From NCBI GenBank assembly GCA_043823065.1, contig JBDRBB010000006.1, positions 32,001 to 96,000 of the forward strand: DNA of 64,000 nt. The letters run 5' to 3'. Position 1 is the stretch's first letter, and each line of letters opens with the position of its first letter. Both the position numbers and the translations under genes were made by a program. Shown in pieces: positions 39,947 to 49,859 of the stretch. Source of the DNA: Pseudomonadota bacterium. Its GTDB lineage: Bacteria; UBA10199; 2-02-FULL-44-16; DYJF01. The notes under the pieces are model-generated. The model made no database searches, was not told the DNA's origin, and saw nothing but the letters and a program-made list of their open reading frames with translations.

Positions 39947-40783
39947 CTAAAGGGTGGGCAACCAATACTTATCGCCTTTTTTTTGGGCATCCATCTTGGC
40001 TATAATTTCAAAAGCCTTTAACCCAGTTTCCACACATCTTTTTTCAGCCTCATCTTTAAGTTCACCTTCCACAAATTTATTATGATAACGATTAGCATAA
40101 GCTGCACAAACTGTTCCAGCCCTAAAACCAGCCATACTAGCTAAGGTAAACAAACACGAAGTTTCCATTTCCAGATTAAACACGTTCATAGCTTCTAATT
40201 TGGTTGGAAGATCTTTATCTCGCGGCTGAAAAGGAGGAATGTTTCTGGATTGCGGAGCATAGAAACTACTGCACGTAGCAGTAATGCCAGCATGATGCGG
40301 AAATTTGTTTTGTTTGGCTGCCATAAGCAAAGCTAAGATCACCTCATAATTCGCCAGACAAGGATAACCTTCCACAACATAAGCTAAAGAAACACTTTCC
40401 AAACGCACAGCTCCAGTAGAAATAATCAAATCTGCTAAGGCAATTTCTTTTTTCAAGGCACCTGAAGAACCAATGCGAATAATGGTTGGATTGTTGACTA
40501 TTTGAAAGAGTTCAACAACTGCAATTTCTATATTATCAGCGCCCATGCCAGTAGCCATCACGGTTAAGGGCAATTCTTTATATTTTCCAGTAATGGTTAC
40601 ATATTCCCGGTGCGTAATTTCCGGACCAGCCTGATCAAAATATTTAGCCACCATTCTGGCCCTGGTCGGATCTCCGCAAAACAGAATATAGGGGGCAACC
40701 TCTCCTGGTTTCAAACCAATGTGATATTGCCGTCCCTCTTTGGAAGCCAAATTTATTGCTGATTGTTTTATGTGTTTTTTCAT
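39947..40783 (-). CDS. udp: Uridine phosphorylase-like nucleoside phosphorylase
   Basis: QYHI, GDP.R, HREY, TGMG, IRIGSSGA, EME. Confidence 0.85.
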   Translation of the reverse strand: MKKHIKQSAINLASKEGRQYHIGLKPGEVAPYILFCGDPTRARMVAKYFDQAGPEITHREYVTITGKYKELPLTVMATGMGADNIEIAVVELFQIVNNPTIIRIGSSGALKKEIALADLIISTGAVRLESVSLAYVVEGYPCLANYEVILALLMAAKQNKFPHHAGITATCSSFYAPQSRNIPPFQPRDKDLPTKLEAMNVFNLEMETSCLFTLASMAGFRAGTVCAAYANRYHNKFVEGELKDEAEKRCVETGLKAFEIIAKMDAQKKGDKYWLPTL

Positions 40784-40814
40784 GCCCCAGGTCTATTAAG
40801 ATCAGGCACAAAAC

Positions 40815-41453
40815 TCAAGTGCATTTTGCTTTAACTGGGGCAAAACTTTGGCGATGAATTGGGGTAATACCAAACTCATCAAGTTCACTTAGATGTTTGG
40901 CTGTGCCATAGCCTTTATGAATGGCAAATGAGAAGTTTGGATATTTTTGGGCATACTCCTGCATAATTCGATCACGACTTACTTTAGCCAAAATAGAAGC
41001 AGCAGCAATGGAATTGCTTCTAGCATCACCTTTTTTTAAGGCTTTTTGAGGAATTCTAGTTTCAATTAAATGCGGGCCATCAACTAAAATAAAATTTGGT
41101 ATGGGCTTAAGTGAATTTATGGCCTTTTGCATCGCCAGCATAGAAGCTTGAAAAATATTTATTTCATCAATTTGACTAGGTTCAATTCTGATAACAGACC
41201 AAGCTAGAGCTTGAGCAACAATTAAATCATAAAATTTATCGCGCTGTTTGGCTGTTAATTTTTTGGAATCATTTAAACCAGAAGGATTAAATTTTTGGGG
41301 AAGAATTACACTGGCCGCAACTACAGGACCAGCTAAACAACCTCGGCCTGCTTCATCTACGCCAGCAATTAATTGATAACCATCTTGAAATAGCTGCTCT
41401 TCAAAATAATTTAATTTATTCGGCAACTGATTGATCAGCAGAGCTTGTTTCAT
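40815..41453 (-). CDS. rnhB: Ribonuclease HII
   Basis: [36 protein letters not shown]. Confidence 0.96.
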   Translation of the reverse strand: MKQALLINQLPNKLNYFEEQLFQDGYQLIAGVDEAGRGCLAGPVVAASVILPQKFNPSGLNDSKKLTAKQRDKFYDLIVAQALAWSVIRIEPSQIDEINIFQASMLAMQKAINSLKPIPNFILVDGPHLIETRIPQKALKKGDARSNSIAAASILAKVSRDRIMQEYAQKYPNFSFAIHKGYGTAKHLSELDEFGITPIHRQSFAPVKAKCT

Positions 41454-41820
41454 CGGCTAATATTTCAAAACCACGTTCTTTAATTCTAGCAGCTTTACCA
41501 GCAAGATCTCTTAAATAATACAAACGAGAACGACGCACTCTACCGCGAGCAACAACTTCAATGCGCTCAATCATTGGGGAATATAAAGGAAAAATTCTTT
41601 CCACGCCCACGCCATATGATACTTTACGCACTGTAAAAGAAGAACTGGCTGCACCGCGTTTTCTGGAAATTACCACTCCTTGAAAAACCTGGATGCGCTC
41701 TTTGTCGCCTTCTTTAATCCGGCTATGTACAGCAACTGTATCTCCAGGCCGAAATTCAGGAATTTTTTGGTTGATTATTTCGCTTGAAATTTTTTGAACA
41801 ATATCCATAGCTTGCTCCAT
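41416..41820 (-). CDS. rplS: 50S ribosomal protein L19
   Basis: [35 protein letters not shown]. Confidence 0.96.
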   Translation of the reverse strand: MEQAMDIVQKISSEIINQKIPEFRPGDTVAVHSRIKEGDKERIQVFQGVVISRKRGAASSSFTVRKVSYGVGVERIFPLYSPMIERIEVVARGRVRRSRLYYLRDLAGKAARIKERGFEILADETSSADQSVAE

Positions 41821-41839
41821 ATCTTTAAGGTGCGCTTTC

Positions 41840-42529
41840 TTAGCGTCTTTTAGAGTTTTTGTCAATAAGATCAGGTCTTCTTTCGTAAGTAAGCTTTATG
41901 GCCTGTTCTTGCCGCCATTTCTCAATTTGGGCGTGATGACCAGAAAGCAGGATTTCTGGCACTTTTTGGCCCTGAAACACCTCTGGCCTGGTATATTGAG
42001 GATATTCCAATAACCCATTTTCAAAAGATTCATGTTCTAAAGATGCTTCATTTCCAAGTACTTGCGGCACTAAACGCGCCACAGCTTCCATAAGCACCAA
42101 AGCAGGGGTTTCCCCACCAGCTGTAATATAGTCACCAATAGAAATTTCCCTATCTGCTATAATCTGCCTGGCTCGCTCATCAATTCCTTCGTATCTGCCG
42201 CAGATTAGAATAAGTTGATCATATTGGGCCAATTCCTTGACAATTTTTTGCGTTAAAGGCTCACCCTGCGGGGTCATTAAGATTCTCAGATTTTTTTTCT
42301 GGCGAATTACCGATTCCACACAAGTAACCAAAGGTTCTGGGCGCATAACCATACCTGCTCCGCCGCCATAAGGAGCGTCGTCTACTGAACGATGCGCATC
42401 AGTGGTAAAATTGCGAATATCGTGCGTATGCACTTCTAGCAAACTCTTGTCTCTGGCTTTCTTGATAATTGACTGATTTAACCAGGAATCAAACATCTGA
42501 GGAAAAATTGTAATAACATCAAATCTCAT
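41840..42529 (-). CDS. trmD: tRNA (guanine-N1)-methyltransferase
   Basis: [33 protein letters not shown]. Confidence 0.97.
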   Translation of the reverse strand: MRFDVITIFPQMFDSWLNQSIIKKARDKSLLEVHTHDIRNFTTDAHRSVDDAPYGGGAGMVMRPEPLVTCVESVIRQKKNLRILMTPQGEPLTQKIVKELAQYDQLILICGRYEGIDERARQIIADREISIGDYITAGGETPALVLMEAVARLVPQVLGNEASLEHESFENGLLEYPQYTRPEVFQGQKVPEILLSGHHAQIEKWRQEQAIKLTYERRPDLIDKNSKRR

Positions 42530-43074
42530 AAATCAAGCAACCCTTCTATCAACTTAATAACTATCACTCCCTTTTCTACATCTACCTTCTTTACTACATC
42601 TTTAATTGCTGGAATCAAAAACGTCTCACCTTCAGCAGGTTTTACTTCATAAACATCATTGCTACCAGTTGGCACAATTTTGATTATTTCACCCAAGCAT
42701 TGGCCTTGTTCAGTTTCAACCTTTAATCCAATTAATTGATAACAATAATATTCACCTTCTGCTAAAGCAGGCAGTGTTTGTTCTGGAATATAAATTTTTT
42801 TATTAGTTAAACTAGCCGCCTGCTCTGGAGTATGCACACCATCTAGCAAAACCACACCCCGCGTGCCTTTTTTATGTTCTTTTAAAATACGATGCGGGAT
42901 ATATTCGTTTTTGGTTTCCAGGGTAAACACTTCCCCTTTTCCAACCACAACCGGACATATCCCGCTGTACCAGAAAACTGAAACTTGTCCTTTTATCCCC
43001 CAAGGACGACCAAACTTACCACATTCTAAAAACTTTTTTGACGCCTTGGTTTTCTGCCTCACCGTCCTACTCAA
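42526..43074 (-). CDS. rimM: Ribosome maturation factor RimM
   Basis: GIKG, EYY...LIGL.V, GSNDVY, LIP. Confidence 0.92.
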   Translation of the reverse strand: MSRTVRQKTKASKKFLECGKFGRPWGIKGQVSVFWYSGICPVVVGKGEVFTLETKNEYIPHRILKEHKKGTRGVVLLDGVHTPEQAASLTNKKIYIPEQTLPALAEGEYYCYQLIGLKVETEQGQCLGEIIKIVPTGSNDVYEVKPAEGETFLIPAIKDVVKKVDVEKGVIVIKLIEGLLDL

Positions 43075-43309
43075 TGATCTCTAATACTGAATGACGGCGA
43101 ATCTTGGCTGATGCAGCACTTAAAATCTGACGCATTGCTCGAGCAGTGCGACCTTCTTTGCCGATCACTTTGCCGAGGTCTTCTTTTGCCACCCGAAGCT
43201 CGATTACTGTGGTCTGTTCTCCTTCGACTTCCGCAACTTCTACTTTGTCAGGGTTGTCTACCAGAGCTTTTGCAATAGTGGTGATCAGTAACTTCATATC
43301 ATCTGCCAT
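43067..43309 (-). CDS. khpA: KH-domain RNA-binding protein
   Basis: [18 protein letters not shown]; rpsP operon position. Confidence 0.9.
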   Translation of the reverse strand: MADDMKLLITTIAKALVDNPDKVEVAEVEGEQTTVIELRVAKEDLGKVIGKEGRTARAMRQILSAASAKIRRHSVLEIIE

Positions 43310-43326
43310 AACATCCTCCTAGGCTA

Positions 43327-43560
43327 CTAAAGTGTCTTAAGCAAATTGGAAACAGTTTCTGTGGGTGTTGCACCCTTATTTTGCCAATAAGCAATTCGCT
43401 CTTTATCTACTTTTAGTTTTTCGTTTTTGTTACGTGGATCATAAGTTCCCACGATTTCTAAAAACTTACCATCTCTGGGCTTTTCTTTGCTAGCCACTAC
43501 GATGCGATAAAATGGAGCATGAGTTTTTCCGTGTCTGGTTAGCCTAATCCTTACCGCCAT
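43327..43560 (-). CDS. rpsP: 30S ribosomal protein S16
   Basis: VRIRL.R.G....PFYRIVVA...RDG..LE.VG.YDP. Confidence 0.97.
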   Translation of the reverse strand: MAVRIRLTRHGKTHAPFYRIVVASKEKPRDGKFLEIVGTYDPRNKNEKLKVDKERIAYWQNKGATPTETVSNLLKTL

Positions 43561-43630
43561 GCGATCCTCCTAGTTAATAATCGCGTACCCTTTATCAACT
43601 TTGCTACTACTTAGTCAACTAAAAACCTTA

Positions 43631-44494
43631 TTATTCCAGTAGTTGTTTTAATCTGGTGACTACTTGTTCAATAACCCACTTGGGCGTGGAAGCGCCAGCA
43701 GTAACCCCAATTGTATCAAAATCCCTGAAATTTTCAGGGGTTAGCTCACTATCATTCTCAATAAAAAAAGTATGCGAACCCATTTCACGAGCTATTTCTG
43801 CCAAACGGTTGGTATTAGAGCTGTTACGGCCACCAACCACCACCATTGCATCCACTTCTTTGGCTAGTTCACGAACTTCTTCCTGCCTAAGACCAGTGGA
43901 ACGACAAATAGTATCATAGACCACTGCTTGTGGATATTTTTGTTTAATCAAATTTACCAGTTCCTCAAATTTATTATATTGCTGAGTGCTTTGGGAAACT
44001 ACACATACTTTTGAAGCATGAATAGGCAATTCTCCTACTTCTTTGGCTGAATTAATACAGGTACCTTTTCTTTCTGCAAAACCTAACAAGGCCTTTACCT
44101 CAGGATGTTCTCTATCACCTATAATAATGATATAATATCCTTGTTTAAGATGCTTACGCACCTTACCTTGAATAATACCCACGTCTGGACAAGTGGCATC
44201 GCAAACAATAGCACCTGAGCTTTCTATTTTGCGCCGATCCTCTGGGGGAATACCGTGAGTCCTAATAACAATAGTGCCGTTTAATTTTTCCGGTATTTCC
44301 TGCAGAACTTGCACACCTTTTTCTTCTAATAAAGAAACTGCCTGAGGATTATGAATAAGTGGTCCATAAGTAAAAACCGGCTTGCCTTCAGAATTGTTTT
44401 CCACAATTTTTAAAACCTTTTCAAAAGCCCTACTTACTCCCCAGCAAAATCCAGCAGATTTAGCTACAATGATTTTTTTGTTTATGCCATTCAT
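43631..44494 (-). CDS. ispH: 4-hydroxy-3-methylbut-2-enyl diphosphate reductase
   Basis: GFCWGV.RA, HN, DATCP, HPEV, TIC, SSNT, TAGASTP. Confidence 0.95.
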   Translation of the reverse strand: MNGINKKIIVAKSAGFCWGVSRAFEKVLKIVENNSEGKPVFTYGPLIHNPQAVSLLEEKGVQVLQEIPEKLNGTIVIRTHGIPPEDRRKIESSGAIVCDATCPDVGIIQGKVRKHLKQGYYIIIIGDREHPEVKALLGFAERKGTCINSAKEVGELPIHASKVCVVSQSTQQYNKFEELVNLIKQKYPQAVVYDTICRSTGLRQEEVRELAKEVDAMVVVGGRNSSNTNRLAEIAREMGSHTFFIENDSELTPENFRDFDTIGVTAGASTPKWVIEQVVTRLKQLLE

Positions 44495-44901
44495 GATTGG
44501 CGCACCTTTTTGGCAATATTATCTAAAATACCATTTACAAAAGCACCTGATTCTTTAGTGCCATAATTTTTGGCAATTTCCACAGCTTCATTTATCGTTA
44601 CTTTTGCTGGAATATCTGGGCAATGCATTAATTCAAAAATTGCTACTCTTAAAATATTTTTATCGATGGAAGCCATGCGCGACACTTTCCAATTAGCAGA
44701 ATAGGTGGAAAGTAGATCATCAATTTCTGCTGCATTTTTTTGCACACCTTCAAATAAAACCATGGCAAATTCCCGCGTAGGACTATCAATTTCTTGCAAT
44801 GACCAAAAACAGCCTGGCGTATCTTGCAAATCTGGGCTTCCCAAATCTACTTGATATAAAAGCTGCAAAGCACATTCTCTGGCTTTTCTTCTAGAACCCA
44901 T
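44491..44901 (-). CDS. nusB: Transcription antitermination factor NusB
   Basis: RRKARE.A.Q.LY, ID.NILR, INEAVEIAK.YG, FVNGILD. Confidence 0.95.
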   Translation of the reverse strand: MGSRRKARECALQLLYQVDLGSPDLQDTPGCFWSLQEIDSPTREFAMVLFEGVQKNAAEIDDLLSTYSANWKVSRMASIDKNILRVAIFELMHCPDIPAKVTINEAVEIAKNYGTKESGAFVNGILDNIAKKVRQS

Positions 44902-44906
44902 AAAAA

Positions 44907-45527
44907 TCAAACCTTCTTTAGAAGGTGACCTAGTTTATCTCGTTTAGTTTGCAAATAGAAGCGATTATGTGTTCCTGGATCAGTTTCAATTGGCACACGC
45001 TCTAAAATTTCAATGCCATATGATTTCAGGCCAACAATTTTTTTCGGATTATTGGTTAAAAGCCGAATTTTTTTAATTCCCAAATCCTGCAGGATTTGCG
45101 CACCAATATTATAATCTCGCAAATCTGCAGCAAAACCTAATTGTTGGTTTGCTTCTACCGTATCATAACCAGCGTCTTGCAAGGCATAAGCATGAATTTT
45201 GTTATTTAAACCAATACCACGGCCTTCTTGTCTGATATAAAGCAATACTCCTGCTTTTGCCTCTCCAATCATTTCTAAAGCGCAACCAAGCTGCCAACCA
45301 CAATCACACCTAAGCGAGCCCAAAACATCGCCAGTAAAACATTCAGAATGGACGCGCACCAAAATTTCTGAAGTGCAGCTTAGATCTCCTTTAACAATAG
45401 CCACATGTTCAGCATTATGAGTAAGGTCCTGATAGCTGATAATTCTAAAATCATCGCCATATTCACAAGGAAGCACAGCTTCAGCGCCGCGCTGCAAGGT
45501 TTTATTATTAAGCTTATTAAAATCCAT
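44907..45527 (-). CDS. ribA: GTP cyclohydrolase II (stand-alone, no RibB domain)
   Basis: [33 protein letters not shown]. Confidence 0.93.
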   Translation of the reverse strand: MDFNKLNNKTLQRGAEAVLPCEYGDDFRIISYQDLTHNAEHVAIVKGDLSCTSEILVRVHSECFTGDVLGSLRCDCGWQLGCALEMIGEAKAGVLLYIRQEGRGIGLNNKIHAYALQDAGYDTVEANQQLGFAADLRDYNIGAQILQDLGIKKIRLLTNNPKKIVGLKSYGIEILERVPIETDPGTHNRFYLQTKRDKLGHLLKKV

Positions 45528-46167
45528 ATTTTTTTAAAAACTCTTTAGTTATTTTTGATGATTTTCTAAACTCTTCACTATCTAAGAAAGTCAGCTTTTC
45601 CACATACTTGCCAACAATGTCAACTTCCAAATTCACATGACTACCTACTTTGGGCTGGGATAAAGTAGTGTTAATTTTGGTGTGTAAAACAACAGTTACC
45701 TGAAAACGCCTTTTTTCCACCTTATCAACCGGTAGACTAACACCATCAATAGCTACTGAACCATTGGCCACTATGTATTTTTCTAATTCCAATGGCACTT
45801 CTATAGTAATATGTACGGCTTTATGCTTACCTCTAACTTCAACTATCTCGCCTATACCGTCTATATGCCCTTGAACAATGTGGCCACCCAGCCTAGAACC
45901 AAGTTGCAAAGGTCGCTCTAAATTTACCGGTTGATTAACCTCAATCTCTACAAAAGTTGTATTATCAATAAATTCATCTGGAATATGCACCCAAACAGAT
46001 TTGCCCAGCTTAGAAGCTATATTCAAACAACACCCATTAACTGCTAGAAAATCTCCTACATTTGTGGGACCAAAATCTAAATCAGTTTGAATTTCAACTT
46101 CCAAACCATCTTCTTTTTGCTTAATCTCTCTGATAATACCAACACCTTCGATGATCCCGGTAAACAT
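45517..46167 (-). CDS. ribE: Riboflavin synthase alpha-chain homolog (divergent)
   Basis: MFTG, NGCCL, VNLER, GGH.VQGH, DGVSL, VNLEVD..GKY. Confidence 0.85.
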   Translation of the reverse strand: MFTGIIEGVGIIREIKQKEDGLEVEIQTDLDFGPTNVGDFLAVNGCCLNIASKLGKSVWVHIPDEFIDNTTFVEIEVNQPVNLERPLQLGSRLGGHIVQGHIDGIGEIVEVRGKHKAVHITIEVPLELEKYIVANGSVAIDGVSLPVDKVEKRRFQVTVVLHTKINTTLSQPKVGSHVNLEVDIVGKYVEKLTFLDSEEFRKSSKITKEFLKKYGF

Positions 46168-46182
46168 AATTATTTTTGCTCG

Positions 46183-46674
46183 TCACTGGTCTTTAGTGTT
46201 TCGTTTGCTTTTTAATTGTTTTTCATTACCTAACAAATCCTGCAACTCAGACATGAACTCATTAATATCTTTAAATGATCTATAGACCGAAGCAAATCGC
46301 ACATAGGCTACTTCATCTAAACGGTGCAAAGCTTCCATAACTTTTTCGCCAATTCCTGTACTGGGCATTTCTCTTTCACCTTGAGCCATAACCCATTGTT
46401 CAATTTTTTCTACTACTTCATCAATAGTATCAGCAGCAATGGGTCGTTTTTCGCAAGCCTTGCGAATGCCATTGGCCAACTTTTGCGGATCAAAGTTTTC
46501 CCGACGACCATCTTTTTTTACGACGACTACCAAAGGTTCTTCAATTCGTTCATAGGTGGTAAAACGCTTGCCACATTTTTCGCATTCCCGGCGACGACGA
46601 ATTAAACTGCCGGTCTGGGAAACCCTCGAATCAATAACTTTACTTTCTGTTTCAGGACAATAGGGACATTTCAT
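46183..46674 (-). CDS. nrdR: Transcriptional repressor NrdR
   Basis: MKCPYC, VIDSR, RRRREC..C..RFTTYE, ATP cone, AYVRFASVY. Confidence 0.96.
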   Translation of the reverse strand: MKCPYCPETESKVIDSRVSQTGSLIRRRRECEKCGKRFTTYERIEEPLVVVVKKDGRRENFDPQKLANGIRKACEKRPIAADTIDEVVEKIEQWVMAQGEREMPSTGIGEKVMEALHRLDEVAYVRFASVYRSFKDINEFMSELQDLLGNEKQLKSKRNTKDQ

Positions 46675-46711
46675 ACATGTAATAGAGCCGCCTCTCGGCG
46701 GCATCATTCTT

Positions 46712-46803
46712 ACCTCCCCCTTGATGGGGGAGGTCTAGGTGGGGGTGACCAAAGTGTATCCCTGGTCACCCTCCCCTTCATCCCCTCCCCTCAAGGGAGG
46801 GGA
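46712..46803. repeat. Paired GC-rich REP-like palindromes (CCTCCCC..GGGGAGG family)
   Basis: ACCTCCCCCTTGATGGGGGAGGT...GGGTGACC/GGTCACCC...TCCCCTCCCCTCAAGGGAGGGGA. Confidence 0.75.
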
Positions 46804-46808
46804 AAACT

Positions 46809-48047
46809 TTACCTATAAATTGGAAACTTTTGGCAAAGCTTCTTTATCTCTTGTTTAATTTCTTTTTGTTTACCTTCATTGGTGATGTCTTTCAGAACTT
46901 CGGCCATCCAATTACCAATCATTTCCATTTCTTTTTCTTTCATGCCTTTTGTAGTTAATGCAGGTGTGCCAATCCGAATACCACTGGTGACAAATGGTGA
47001 TCTTGATTCACGAGGAATGGTATTTTTATTAATTGTCATACCTGCTCGGCCTAAAGCATCTTCTGCTTCTTTGCCAGTCAAACCACTTTCTGTAAGATCC
47101 ACCAAAAATAAATGGGTATCTGTGCCACCGGTAACAATTCTAAAACCTTTAGCACTTAAGGTTTTGGCAAGGGTTCTACTATTTTTCACAATTTGCTGGC
47201 AATAATTTTTATATTCTGGCTGCAGATCTTCTAAAAAAGCCACAGCTTTGGCAGCAATAACATGCATTAGCGGACCACCTTGAATGCCAGGAAAAATAGT
47301 TTTGTTTATTTTTTTGGCAAAATCATTTTGGCACATAATCATGCCGCCCCGTGGACCTCTTAAGGTTTTGTGAGTAGTTGTGGTCACAAACTGGCAATAA
47401 GGAATAGGACTAGAATGCAAACCTGTAGCAACCAAACCCGCAGGATGGGCAATGTCTGCTAAAACATAAGCGCCAATTTCATCTGCAATTTCTCTGAATT
47501 TTTTAAAATCAATATCCCGGGAATAAGCAGAAGCGCCACAAACAATCATCTTGGGCTTGTGTTCTAAAGCTATGGCGCGAACATTTTCATAATCAATTAA
47601 TTCAGTTTCTGGATCTACTCCATAATGGATAACCTTAAAAAATTTTCCAGAAAAACTAACTGGCGAGCCATGAGACAGGTGACCGCCATGAGAAAGATCC
47701 ATGCCCATGATGGTATCGCCTGGTTCTAATACGGAAAAATAAACAGCCATATTAGCTTGGGAACCAGAATGAGGCTGAACATTTGCAGCATCACATCCAA
47801 AAAGTTGTTTGGCGCGTTCAATGGCTAAATCTTCTGCTTCATCAACAAACTCACAACCACCATAATAACGCTTATGCGGATAACCTTCAGCATATTTATT
47901 GGTCAATACACTGCCTACTGTTTCCAAAACTCTTTTAGACACAAAATTTTCAGAAGCAATTAGTTCTAATTTATATTCTTGGCGATCTATTTCATTTTGA
48001 ATAGCCTGATATATTTGGGGATCAAATTGTTCTAGGTTTTTTTCCAT
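46809..48047 (-). CDS. glyA: Serine hydroxymethyltransferase
   Basis: [37 protein letters not shown]. Confidence 0.98.
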   Translation of the reverse strand: MEKNLEQFDPQIYQAIQNEIDRQEYKLELIASENFVSKRVLETVGSVLTNKYAEGYPHKRYYGGCEFVDEAEDLAIERAKQLFGCDAANVQPHSGSQANMAVYFSVLEPGDTIMGMDLSHGGHLSHGSPVSFSGKFFKVIHYGVDPETELIDYENVRAIALEHKPKMIVCGASAYSRDIDFKKFREIADEIGAYVLADIAHPAGLVATGLHSSPIPYCQFVTTTTHKTLRGPRGGMIMCQNDFAKKINKTIFPGIQGGPLMHVIAAKAVAFLEDLQPEYKNYCQQIVKNSRTLAKTLSAKGFRIVTGGTDTHLFLVDLTESGLTGKEAEDALGRAGMTINKNTIPRESRSPFVTSGIRIGTPALTTKGMKEKEMEMIGNWMAEVLKDITNEGKQKEIKQEIKKLCQKFPIYR

Positions 48048-48059
48048 TTTGCCTCCACA

Positions 48060-48494
48060 CTATGACTGGCTATCTATCTTTTCCACCCTCTGTTTATGTC
48101 TGCCTCCGCCGAACGGAGAACCTAAAAAAACATTGGTAAGTTTCTTAATAGTTTCCAAATCAGTAAGCCTGGCCCCAAAACAAGCCACATTAGCGTCATT
48201 ATGTTCACGCGCTAAAACAGCTTCATTTTCATTGCGCAGCACAACAGCACGCACGCCTTTCAAGCGATTAGCTACCATGCACATGCCTGCACCACTACCA
48301 CAAATTAAAACTCCCCAATCCACCAAACCTTGGGAAACCAAGCGTGCAGCCTTAAATCCAAAATCAGGATAATCAGAACGATCTTCTGTGGGAGTACCAC
48401 AATCTGTTATCTGATAACCTTTTTCTTTTAAATATTGTTTGAGTGTTTCTTTAACTTGAAAACCAGCGTGGTCAGAGGCGAGGGCAATTTTCAT
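48060..48494 (-). CDS. rpiB: Ribose-5-phosphate isomerase B
   Basis: SDHAG, DYPD, CGSG.G, REHNDAN, GGRH. Confidence 0.95.
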   Translation of the reverse strand: MKIALASDHAGFQVKETLKQYLKEKGYQITDCGTPTEDRSDYPDFGFKAARLVSQGLVDWGVLICGSGAGMCMVANRLKGVRAVVLRNENEAVLAREHNDANVACFGARLTDLETIKKLTNVFLGSPFGGGRHKQRVEKIDSQS

Positions 48495-48503
48495 GAGTAT
48501 ATT

Positions 48504-48746
48504 TTATCCTAGTTTTGATTTTAGGAAATCTACTATGTCTTGCACCACCAAAAATTTTTGAGCCTGATCTTCTGAAATTTCAACATCAAAGCTCTCTTCT
48601 AAAGCTAAAACAAGCTCAATTATATCTAGGGAATCAGCTCCTAAATCACCCTTAAGCGTAGCCTCTAGTTGAATTTCTTCATCAGCTAGTCCTAACTGAT
48701 CTGCGATAATTTCGCACACTTGGCGATCAATGGATTCAGCACTCAT
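48504..48746 (-). CDS. acpP: Acyl carrier protein
   Basis: DLGADSLD phosphopantetheine site; start at MSAES because the track's upstream extension overlaps rpmF. Confidence 0.9.
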   Translation of the reverse strand: MSAESIDRQVCEIIADQLGLADEEIQLEATLKGDLGADSLDIIELVLALEESFDVEISEDQAQKFLVVQDIVDFLKSKLG

Positions 48747-48763
48747 GTTCTGGGCTGTGCCCC

Positions 48764-48943
48764 CTATACTGTCTTGATAATTTCTTGCCCCTTGTAAAAT
48801 CCACAATGAATACAAACCCGGTGTGGTAACTTGGGTTGTTTGCACTGAGGGCAAGTTGACAGATCTACATGATCTAGCTTCATGTGATTAGCACGCCTTT
48901 TGTCTCTTCTGCTTCTTGATGTTCTTCTCTTTGGGACTGGCAC
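48764..48943 (-). CDS. rpmF: 50S ribosomal protein L32 (59 aa, absent from the ORF track)
   Basis: GTG start; [20 protein letters not shown]...CPQC...[13 protein letters not shown]. Confidence 0.95.
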   Translation of the reverse strand: MPVPKRRTSRSRRDKRRANHMKLDHVDLSTCPQCKQPKLPHRVCIHCGFYKGQEIIKTV

Positions 48944-49031
48944 GGGTCAACCTCTCTTTTATAAATGTTGCCTTTAAAAGTGGGCCCTTACTACAATCTA
49001 AGGGCCTGTTTTGTCAATAAAAATACCTGAC

Positions 49032-49763
49032 TTAGGGTCTAAAGAACTTGGCCTGAGGCGAAATGGAAATTAAGGCTGAAGTGGAATATTCAGGAATTAA
49101 TTGCATGGTTTCACTTAATTTTACCCCTATTTTAACTCCTTTTAACAGATTATAAAGCTTTTTTTGACCAAAAAGGTCAGGCAAAGCAGGATAGCCAAAG
49201 CTAAAACGCTCGCCTTGATCCATGGATAAACCCAATTCTTGTCTGATGTTTTGGTGACTATATTGAGCCAAGGCTTCTGTAGCTTCTGCGGCAAATCCTT
49301 TTAAGTAGAAGAGATCACTATAGTTTTTAATGGCAAAAAGTTTTTCTCCATATTTTATAACATCATTGCCTAAAGTCACTAATTGCAGAGCAACAAATCC
49401 AGATTCAAAAAAATCAGCAACACATAAGTTAGGAGTTTGGCGTTGGCGAGGAAAATCGAATTTATGCGGTTTTTCTTGATCATCATAAATAAATAGGAGA
49501 TTTCCTTCTTTTTTAGACTTAAAATAGCCATAAACTATCTTGGCTTGATTAAAAATATGCTTAGTTTGAATCAAAAAAACGATTTTTTCAAAAATTGGCT
49601 CAATTTTTTGCTGCTTTAATTCTTGCCACTGTTCTGAACTTTGACCCTGGCGAAACTCCCAACGAGCAGCAAAAAGTACTTCCTTATTGATTAGGCTGAT
49701 GACCTCAGCAAGATTAATCTCTGAAATAATTTTGGTTCCGAAAAATGGAGGGAGTTTTTGCAC
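49032..49763 (-). CDS. Stand-alone methionine synthase activation (AdoMet-binding) domain
   Basis: PPF.G, YGYF, FPRQ, ADFF, R.SFGYPA.PD, PE.STSA; start uncertain. Confidence 0.8.
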   Translation of the reverse strand: MQKLPPFFGTKIISEINLAEVISLINKEVLFAARWEFRQGQSSEQWQELKQQKIEPIFEKIVFLIQTKHIFNQAKIVYGYFKSKKEGNLLFIYDDQEKPHKFDFPRQRQTPNLCVADFFESGFVALQLVTLGNDVIKYGEKLFAIKNYSDLFYLKGFAAEATEALAQYSHQNIRQELGLSMDQGERFSFGYPALPDLFGQKKLYNLLKGVKIGVKLSETMQLIPEYSTSALISISPQAKFFRP

Positions 49764-49772
49764 AACATATCT

Positions 49773-49857
49773 GGACCATTGACCATGGACTATAGACCAT
49801 TGACCTTTCAATCGAAAATACAAAGGTCAATTGTCAATGGTCAATTGTCAATAGTCC
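49773..49857. repeat. Inverted heptamer tandem-repeat hairpin
   Basis: GACCATT GACCATG GACTATA GACCATT GACC ... GGTC AATTGTC AATGGTC AATTGTC AATAGTC. Confidence 0.8.
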
Positions 49858-49859
49858 TC

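Noticed and set aside
48747..48854. N-terminal extension of ACP in the ORF track
   Set aside because: Overlaps rpmF in another frame; ACP starts at 48746
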